From Alphaproteobacteria bacterium (GTDB lineage Bacteria; Pseudomonadota; Alphaproteobacteria; UBA828): DNA of 64,000 nucleotides. The notes under the pieces were generated by a model. The model had not been told where the DNA came from. It did not search any database and worked only from the letters and a program-made list of their open reading frames with translations. The stretch covers positions 55,262-119,261 of the forward strand of contig JAJDUK010000005.1 in the NCBI GenBank assembly GCA_022826665.1, read 5' to 3'. Of this stretch, positions 58,049-64,000 are shown one piece after another (within the stretch, counting starts at the first letter, position 1; every line of letters starts with the position of its first letter). The translations under genes were made by a program, and so were the position numbers.

Positions 58049-58065
58049 CTGCTGCGCAGCCGGCC
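58049..58065 (+). repeat. 17-bp direct repeat copy 3 (CTGCTGCGCAGCCGGCC)
   Basis: Exact copy about 210 bp after copy 2. Confidence 0.6.
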
Positions 58066-58582
58066 AAGCGCCGTCTCCGGTCAGTCCCTCCAGCCAAGCC
58101 ACCACCACACGATCCAGACCGGTAGGCGACCGCAACGGCGCGACCCGCGATCGAGAGCGGACTGAGCAGCCCGGCCGGTAGCGTCACCGCCACCGTCGCC
58201 GCGCCGGTAGCCGAGCCGCCACAGCCTCCAGCTTCCAAGCGCGAGCGGCAGGCCGCAGGGGACGAACGGCGCCAGCGTCAGCCCCTCCATCGCCATCGTC
58301 GCCGGCCACGGCCCCAGCCGCCCTGCCGCCACCGCGTCCGTCCACCCGAACCGCACGGCCACCTGCGCCACGATCCCGGCCGGCAGCCAGAGCAGCGCCA
58401 GCGGCCAGAACCCGTGACGGCCGATCCATCCGCGCCCTTCCATGCCGTATCCCTGCACCGGACGGGGGCGACGTTCAAGCCAGCTCGGACCAAATATCGC
58501 CGGAGAGGCGGAGAAGAGCGTGCTGGGAGCGAAGCCGCTGACGGAGAGGGAGTGGCGGCAGTCGCAACCGGGGAGATCGACC

Positions 58583-59119
58583 ATGCCGACATTGCGATAT
58601 GCGGGGATTGGGGCGCGTGCGACGCCGGTGGCCGTGCTGGCGGACATGACTGTGCTGGCGGGATGGCTGGCCCGGACCGGCTGGCATCTTTCGAGCGGTG
58701 GGGCGAATGGAGCCGACACTGCGTTCGCCGAGGGTACGCCCGCCGGGCAGAGGACGATCTGGCTGCCGTGGCGGGACTGTAACGGGAATCGGGGGACGGA
58801 CTGCCGGGTGTTGTCGGCTGAGGCGATGGCGGAGTGCATCGAGATCGCGGCGCCCCTGCATCCGGCGTGGGAGCGGTGTTCGCCGGCCGTCCGCATGCTG
58901 CATGCCAGGAACGCGGCGGTGTTGCTTGGCGACACGCTGGGCCGGCCCGTCGATGCAGTCGTGTGCTGGAGCGAACGCGGCGCGGTTACCGGAGGCACTG
59001 GCATGGCTATCCGTATCGCCGAGGCCCGCGGCATCCCGGTGCTGAACCTGGGATCGATGACCCCGCGTGCCGTCTGCGAGCGCCTGGCCGCAATCCGCCG
59101 CGCCGTCCATCGGTCATAG
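58583..59119 (+). CDS. SLOG superfamily (DprA/Smf/LOG-like Rossmann fold) protein
   Basis: YAGIGARATP...LSSGGANGADTAFAEG (GGAxGxD) with IWLPW. ATG at 58583 by frame arithmetic. The 414-aa antisense ORF 58081..59325 is judged spurious. Confidence 0.55.
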   Translation: MPTLRYAGIGARATPVAVLADMTVLAGWLARTGWHLSSGGANGADTAFAEGTPAGQRTIWLPWRDCNGNRGTDCRVLSAEAMAECIEIAAPLHPAWERCSPAVRMLHARNAAVLLGDTLGRPVDAVVCWSERGAVTGGTGMAIRIAEARGIPVLNLGSMTPRAVCERLAAIRRAVHRS

Positions 59120-59220
59120 AGGAAGAGTGAAGCGCCTGCCGGGCGAGTGTCCGGCAGGGCGGAGGGAGTGGGTCCCCCGCGCCGATGCCGGGCAGGGCAA
59201 CGGCAGAGGAGGTCCCGCCC

Positions 59221-59454
59221 ATGTTTCATCCCGACACATCCCTCGATCACCTGGCCGAGCTCGGCATCGACCCGGCGGCTGTCCGCGAGGTCATCGACGA
59301 CGAGCGCGCGATCCGCTGTCCGCACCGCGCCGTCGTCTATCCCGCATACGGCTTCGCAAGCCTTTCCCCGGAACCGGCGTTGGAGATGGTCCTTCAGGAC
59401 GCGGCGCCGGCGGAGCCCTGGGACCCGGCGTCGTCGCTTCCCCCGGCCGATTAG
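59221..59454 (+). CDS. hypothetical small protein (77 aa)
   Basis: In-frame ATG (MFHPDTSLDHLAELGIDPAAVREV). No motif. Confidence 0.3.
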   Translation: MFHPDTSLDHLAELGIDPAAVREVIDDERAIRCPHRAVVYPAYGFASLSPEPALEMVLQDAAPAEPWDPASSLPPAD

Positions 59455-59564
59455 AGGTGGAGGAGGGCTTGGAGAGATTGAACGGAAGGGGGGTCGGGGG
59501 AGTGAACCCGGCCTCCGGCCGTTCGGAACCCATCGTCATCAACCAGGAACCACAGGAGAGCGTC

Positions 59565-60026
59565 ATGCCCTTCGGAAAGAATCACGCGGAACTGGTCGGC
59601 CGCCTCGGCGACGACGTCACCGTCAACCACCTCAGGAACGGCGGCCGCGTCGCCAACATGAGCATCGCGACCGACGAGTCGTACATCGACAAGAACTCGG
59701 GCGAGAAGGTCGACAAGACCGAGTGGCACCGGGTCGTCACCTTCCAGGACGGGCTGATCGACATGCTCCAGAGGCACGCGACGAAGGGCCGCTTGATCCA
59801 CGTCGAGGGCAAGCTCCAGACTCGGCGCTGGAAGAAGGACGGCGAGGACTCCTGGCGCTTCTCGACCGAGATCCTCGTCGTGCCGGGCCACAGGGTGCAG
59901 TTCTACGACAAGCCCAACGGCAGCAGCGCGCCGGCCGCGGACGCCCAGGCACCCGCGAACGGCACGGACATGCCGGACGGCGGCGCCCCGGCGCAGACCG
60001 GCGACATCGAGGACCCGCCCTTCTAG
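59565..60026 (+). CDS. ssb: single-stranded DNA-binding protein
   Basis: OB-fold blocks GRLGDDVTVNHLRNGGRVANMSIATDESY, KTEWHRVVTF and VEGKLQTRRWKKDGEDSWRFSTEIL. Gly/Pro/Asp-rich tail ending DIEDPPF (acidic tip). Confidence 0.85.
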   Translation: MPFGKNHAELVGRLGDDVTVNHLRNGGRVANMSIATDESYIDKNSGEKVDKTEWHRVVTFQDGLIDMLQRHATKGRLIHVEGKLQTRRWKKDGEDSWRFSTEILVVPGHRVQFYDKPNGSSAPAADAQAPANGTDMPDGGAPAQTGDIEDPPF

Positions 60027-60191
60027 GCGCTTCCCGCCCATTCCTCCTCCCTCCCGCCTCGGGGGCCGGCGCTTCGGCGCCGGTCCCCCCTTTTGCAGCC
60101 GAACCGGAGTCCCCCAATGTCCGTTGGGCGCGCGGCGACGGAGGCGGAGAGGAGCGCCGGAGGGGCGTTCCATTGCCCAGGGAGAGAGAGC

Positions 60192-60776
60192 ATGCGCGAC
60201 AACACCGAGAGCGTCTTCGCCCGGGGGGCCGTCATCGTCCCCGACTTCGTCACCCCGGCCGAGGAGGAGCGCATCCTGCTCCGCATCGGCGCCGCGCCCT
60301 GGCTCACCGAGCTGCGACGGCGCGTCCAGCATTACGGCTACCGCTACGACTACCGCGGCGCCAGCCGCCCGGTCCCCGCCGCGCCGTTTCCGCGCTGGGC
60401 CGGGGTCATGGCGGACCGGCTGCGGGACCGCTTCGGGAGCGCGCTGCCGGTGCAGTGCATCGTCAACGAGTACCGCCCCGGCCAGGGGATCGGCATGCAC
60501 GCCGACCATCGCGACTTCGGCGACGTCGTCGCCTCGCTGTCGCTCGCCGCCGACTGGCCGATGCGCTTCCGGCCGCGCTCCGTCCGCCCCTACGCCCGCG
60601 ACGGCCTGCCGGGCGACGAGGTCGCCGTGCTGCCCCGCCGCTCGGTCCTGGTCCTCGCGGGCGAGGCGCGCCGGGACTGGATGCACGGCATCGACCGCGC
60701 CGACACCGCCGGCGCGGCCGCCACCCGCGTCTCCGCCACCTTCCGGACGCTCGCGTCCGGCGCCGGCCGGCCGTGA
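60192..60776 (+). CDS. 2OG-Fe(II) oxygenase, AlkB-like
   Basis: IVNEYRPGQGIGMHADHRD (H-x-D) with a downstream His in WMHGIDR and RxS-type 2OG anchoring (RVSATF). Confidence 0.6.
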   Translation: MRDNTESVFARGAVIVPDFVTPAEEERILLRIGAAPWLTELRRRVQHYGYRYDYRGASRPVPAAPFPRWAGVMADRLRDRFGSALPVQCIVNEYRPGQGIGMHADHRDFGDVVASLSLAADWPMRFRPRSVRPYARDGLPGDEVAVLPRRSVLVLAGEARRDWMHGIDRADTAGAAATRVSATFRTLASGAGRP

Positions 60777-60826
60777 GCCGGCCCGACCCGTCCTCTTCCA
60801 TCTTCCCCCAACCAGGAGCACCGCCC

Positions 60827-61909
60827 ATGATCCGCTTCACCCAGGGCGACCTCTTCGCCTCCGGCTGCGAGGCTCTCGTCAATCCCGTCAACTGCGTCGG
60901 CGTGATGGGCAGGGGGCTCGCCCTCCAGTTCCGGCACCGCTTCCCGGCCAACTACGAGGCCTATCGGCACGCCTGCGCGCGCCGCGAGGTCCGGCCCGGG
61001 CTCTGCTTCGTCTTCGACGCCGGCGCCGGGCCGGCGCGCTTCGTCGTCAACTTCCCAACCAAGCGCCACTGGCGCGACCGCAGCCGCATTGAGGACATCG
61101 CCGCCGGGCTCGACGACCTCGCCGGCATCCTCCGCCGCCGCGCCATCGGCTCCGTCGCGATCCCGCCGCTCGGCTGCGGCCTGGGCGGACTGCCCTGGCC
61201 CGCCGTCCGCTCGCTGCTGGTCGACCGCCTCGCATCCTGCTCCGGCGTCTCGATCATCATCTTCGAGCCTGGCGGACCGGAGCCGAGGCGCGCTTGCGGC
61301 GGGGCGAAGCGCGGCAGGGCCGGAGGGAGTCCGCCGCCGGCAACGGAGGATGACGGAATGCGTATCTACCACCGCGACGAGGTTTGCCCGTTCCGGTTTA
61401 CCCGGGCGGCCTGGGGCGAATTCAGCAATTTCGCGCCGCTGACGGCGCCGATCGCCGCCGGCCCGTGGACGTTTGCGACGTCCGAGCACCTGTACCAGGC
61501 GGCGAAGTTCGGCGCCGCCCCGGCGGTGCAGCGCCGGATCGCCGGCGCGCCGACGGCGCGCGAGGCGGCCGCCATCGGGCGCGGCGAGCGCACCGGCGTC
61601 GATCCCCGCTGGAACGAGCAGCGGGTGAACGTCATGCGCTGGGTGCTGCGCATGAAGCGCGAGACCAACGCCGCCGCGATCGATGCCGCCCTCGCCGCGA
61701 CCGGCGAGCGCGCCATCGTCGAGGTCTCGACCCGCGACCCCTGGTGGGGCGCCAGGCCGGACGGCGACCGCTATCGCGGCGCGAACGTGCTCGGCCGGCT
61801 CTGGATGGAGCTCCGCCAGCAGCTGTGCGACGGCGATCCCGCCGCGCGCGCCGCCGCGTGGGCCGGGCGCATCCGCGTCGGCCGGCTGGCCGATGCGCCG
61901 CGCGCCTGA
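60827..61909 (+). CDS. macro domain fused to NADAR (YbiA-like) domain protein
   Basis: N-terminal LFASGCEALVNPVNCVGVMGRGLALQF (macro glycine loop). C-terminal EFSNFAP...SEHLYQAAKF (NADAR ExxYQxxK block). AGGAG RBS 9 nt upstream of ATG 60827. Confidence 0.7.
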   Translation: MIRFTQGDLFASGCEALVNPVNCVGVMGRGLALQFRHRFPANYEAYRHACARREVRPGLCFVFDAGAGPARFVVNFPTKRHWRDRSRIEDIAAGLDDLAGILRRRAIGSVAIPPLGCGLGGLPWPAVRSLLVDRLASCSGVSIIIFEPGGPEPRRACGGAKRGRAGGSPPPATEDDGMRIYHRDEVCPFRFTRAAWGEFSNFAPLTAPIAAGPWTFATSEHLYQAAKFGAAPAVQRRIAGAPTAREAAAIGRGERTGVDPRWNEQRVNVMRWVLRMKRETNAAAIDAALAATGERAIVEVSTRDPWWGARPDGDRYRGANVLGRLWMELRQQLCDGDPAARAAAWAGRIRVGRLADAPRA

Positions 61910-62051
61910 CCGGCGCGCTCGCCGGCCTTCTTCTTTCTGACCGTCCTGGCCTCGCGACCCCGCTTCGCGCGGCCCGCTCGCCCTCCTGCGCCGGCCGGAG
62001 GGGAGGCCGGCCGGTATCGGGCATCTCGCTCGCCTTGGAAGGAAGTCCCGC

Positions 62052-63053
62052 ATGCAGCACCAACCGTCTCCCGCCGCCGGCATCGCCGCGGCGCTCGCAG
62101 CGCGCGCCGAGGAGGTGTGCAGGCAATATCTACCGCATGGCCGTCGCCAGGGCCGCTACTGGATCTGCGGCGACCTCGACGGCGCTCGCGGACGCTCGCT
62201 CTTCGTCCGCCTCTCCGGCTCCGGCAAGCCCGGTGGGTGGACGGATGCAGCAACGGGGCAGCACGGCGATCTGCTCGACCTGATCCGCTACCGCTCAGGA
62301 GCGCCGACGCTGCGCGCGGCGCTCGACGAGGCGCGGCGCTTCCTCGCCCTGCCGACTTCGCCGGCGACGGCCTCGGATGCGCCCTACGACGCGACCGAGG
62401 CGGCGCGCCGCCTGTGGCGGCGCTGCCGCGCCATCGACGGCAGCCACGCCGAGCGGTATCTCCACGCCCGGGGGCTGTCGCGCTGCCGCTTCGCGACGCT
62501 GCGCTTCCATCCCGAGCTTCGCTATCGCGAAGGCTCGTCCGTGCGCCGGTTACCGGCGCTGGTCGCCGCCGTCACCGGCGGCGACGGCGCCATCCTCGGC
62601 GTGCAGCGCACCTGGCTCGACCCGCGCTCCCCCGCCAAGGCGGGCGTCGCTACGCCGCGCAAGGCGCTCGGCCGCATCCACGGCCTCGCGGTGCGCTTCG
62701 GCGCGCCCTCCGACATCGCTCCGCTCGTCGTCGGCGAGGGCATCGAGACGGTGCTCTCGCTGGTCACCGCCGTGCCGGAGATCACGGCTGCAGCAGCGCT
62801 CTCGGCCGGGAGCCTCGGCGCGTTCGCGCCTCCCTCCGGCCTCGCGCGGCTGGTGATCGCCCGCGACAACGACGAGGACGGCGCGCTCGCGGCCGAGCGC
62901 CTCGCCCGGCGCTGCGCGCGGGCGGGCATCGCCGCCACCGTCATCGTGCCCGCCGGCAACGACTTCAACGACGACCTCGTCGCGCTCGGCTCAGCGGCGC
63001 TCTGCGCCCGCTTCGCGCCGCTGTTCCGCTCCGCCTGCGCCTCCGGCTCATAG
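62052..63053 (+). CDS. toprim domain protein (DUF7146/primase-like, ICE type)
   Basis: VVGEGIETVLS (toprim Glu) and IARDNDEDG (DxD). Confidence 0.65.
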   Translation: MQHQPSPAAGIAAALAARAEEVCRQYLPHGRRQGRYWICGDLDGARGRSLFVRLSGSGKPGGWTDAATGQHGDLLDLIRYRSGAPTLRAALDEARRFLALPTSPATASDAPYDATEAARRLWRRCRAIDGSHAERYLHARGLSRCRFATLRFHPELRYREGSSVRRLPALVAAVTGGDGAILGVQRTWLDPRSPAKAGVATPRKALGRIHGLAVRFGAPSDIAPLVVGEGIETVLSLVTAVPEITAAAALSAGSLGAFAPPSGLARLVIARDNDEDGALAAERLARRCARAGIAATVIVPAGNDFNDDLVALGSAALCARFAPLFRSACASGS

Positions 63054-63133
63054 GCCGGACCGATATCCCGCTCCGGTGGAGGAAGAGAAGAGCGGAGGGT
63101 CGGGCAAGCCGACCCGAGGAGTGGAGGGAGTCC

Positions 63134-63469
63134 ATGAGAGCCATCGTCAATCTGAAGCACGAGCCGGCGCTGCGCGACGAGTTCGAATACGCGCTTGTCG
63201 TCGATAACACCGTGCTGATCGACCGCCGCACCAGGTGGGGCAACCCGTTCAGAATCGGCGAAGACGGGTCGCGGGATGAGGTGATCGCCCGCTACCGCGC
63301 GCATCTATGGCAACACATCCAGGCAGGCGACGTTTCGCTGGAAGAGCTCGCAGAGCTCGACGGGTGCTGGCTGGCCTGTTGGTGCGAGCCGCTGCCCTGT
63401 CATGGAGATGTGCTCGCCAAGGCGGCGGCGTGGGCCTCCGGGGTGTTGGCCGATCGGAAGGGTTCGTGA
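63134..63469 (+). CDS. DUF4326 domain protein
   Basis: RWGNPF...WLACWCEPLPCHGDVL Cys/His cluster typical of DUF4326. In-frame ATG at 63134. Confidence 0.55.
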   Translation: MRAIVNLKHEPALRDEFEYALVVDNTVLIDRRTRWGNPFRIGEDGSRDEVIARYRAHLWQHIQAGDVSLEELAELDGCWLACWCEPLPCHGDVLAKAAAWASGVLADRKGS

Positions 63470-63767
63470 GATGCGTTCCTTCGTTCCTGTCGTACAGGGG
63501 GAATTGGGCGATGCCTTCGGCCCGGGCTATCCGCTGCAATCTCCACTCGCTGGCGCTCGCTCCGATTTCCGCTTCTATCCCTATCGCCTCCGCTCGCAAG
63601 CTCGCTCCGCGCTTCGCTTGGCAAAGCGGCTGGCGCCGCTTGGGGGCATGAAAAGCGCCTCCCGACGTGAAGTCCTATCGTGTCACACGTGCTCGCGACA
63701 GCAACCCTCCGGGTCCTCCGGTCGCTCCGCTCCCTGCGGCCTGGCCCAAGAACCTCTAGGGCGGGCC

Positions 63768-63982
63768 GTGAAAGTCGCCGACCGTGAAGTTGGGCTTGCC
63801 AGAACTCCCAACCACCTCGCCTGTGGCGCGCCGGTCCCTGAAGAAGGGCCCGGCGCGGAGGCCCGGCGCTCCCAGCCCTTGAGAAGGCCAACTCGAAACT
63901 CGGCCAACCACCGCGACCCCGCGCCGGGCCTCCCATAACCGGACGACGCCCAACTTCCGCACCACTCGGCGACTTTCCGCAC
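63768..63982. repeat. nested imperfect inverted repeats (outer arms about 28-35 bp, inner arms 13 bp)
   Basis: Outer left gtgaAAGTCGCCGAccgtgAAGTTGGGC pairs with outer right GCCCAACTTccgcaccacTCGGCGACTTtccgcac. Inner GGAGGCCCGGCGC pairs with GCGCCGGGCCTCC. Confidence 0.4.
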
Positions 63983-64000
63983 CAACCCCGCCCAAGAGGT

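Larger units (their letters stand above)
35341..64000. mobile_element. ICE/integrated-plasmid-like accessory and leading-region gene cluster (partial, continues beyond window)
   Basis: Consecutive genes typical of conjugative-element maintenance and anti-defence sets (ParB-like, PAPS-reductase-like, MoxR/VWA, SSB, RadC, SRAP, MTase-helicase, toprim, DUF4326). No T4SS genes in the window. Confidence 0.5.

Noticed and set aside
58081-59325. 414-aa minus-strand ORF
   Set aside because: The region from 58583 onward is antisense to a plus-strand ORF with a clear SLOG/DprA-like GGAxGxD motif. Only the first roughly 120 codons (58081-58443) resemble a small hydrophobic protein, and that is too uncertain to call.
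1-64000. CRISPR arrays, rRNA genes, IS elements with terminal inverted repeats
   Set aside because: I scanned for regularly spaced short direct repeats, rRNA-like conserved stretches and transposase DDE motifs and found none. The only repeat families seen are the 17-bp motif near 56318-58065 and the nested inverted repeats near 63768-63982.

Overview
This is a high-GC (about 65-70%) alphaproteobacterial-type chromosome window. Positions 1-16850 look like core genome. They hold genes for a VOC protein, an RraA-like aldolase, a quinone oxidoreductase, a GMC oxidoreductase, DUF1326, DUF1489, an enoyl-CoA hydratase plus an acyl-CoA carboxyltransferase beta subunit, a STAS protein, a threonine dehydratase-like enzyme, LivHMK-type ABC transporter parts, TetR plus two SDRs, a second solute-binding protein and an orphan HigA-like antitoxin. 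A tRNA-Arg(UCU) on the minus strand at 16858-16934 marks the start of a roughly 47 kb mosaic accessory region.

The accessory region has four parts:
- A low-GC islet (17100-18147) carries a small ORF plus a retropepsin-like aspartic protease.
- An island (19581-24866) carries a P4-type integrase, AlpA, an IHF/HU-like protein, a DUF924::RsbW-like kinase fusion and a 5'-truncated second integrase.
- A strongly low-GC island (about 25437-35140) carries a candidate undescribed defence or restriction-modification-like operon, bounded by integrase remnants. The operon is a MORC-like GHKL plus histidine-kinase transmitter protein, a receiver-like protein with an unknown C-terminal domain, a C5-cytosine methyltransferase and a GIY-YIG-like nuclease candidate, with a divergent Vsr. 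The island also holds a truncated patatin-like gene and an AT-rich Cys-rich ORF.
- An ICE-like maintenance and leading-region cluster (35341 to the window end) carries SEC-C, PAPS-reductase-like, MoxR-DUF3150-VWA, large ParB, HATPase-like, RadC, SRAP, HEPN-like, N6-MTase::SNF2 helicase, a DUF2235 cargo gene flanked by 17-bp repeats, SLOG, SSB, AlkB-like, macro::NADAR, toprim and DUF4326 genes. No conjugation machinery, CRISPR array or rRNA is seen in the window.

All functional calls are motif-level readings of the six-frame translations; no database searches were run.
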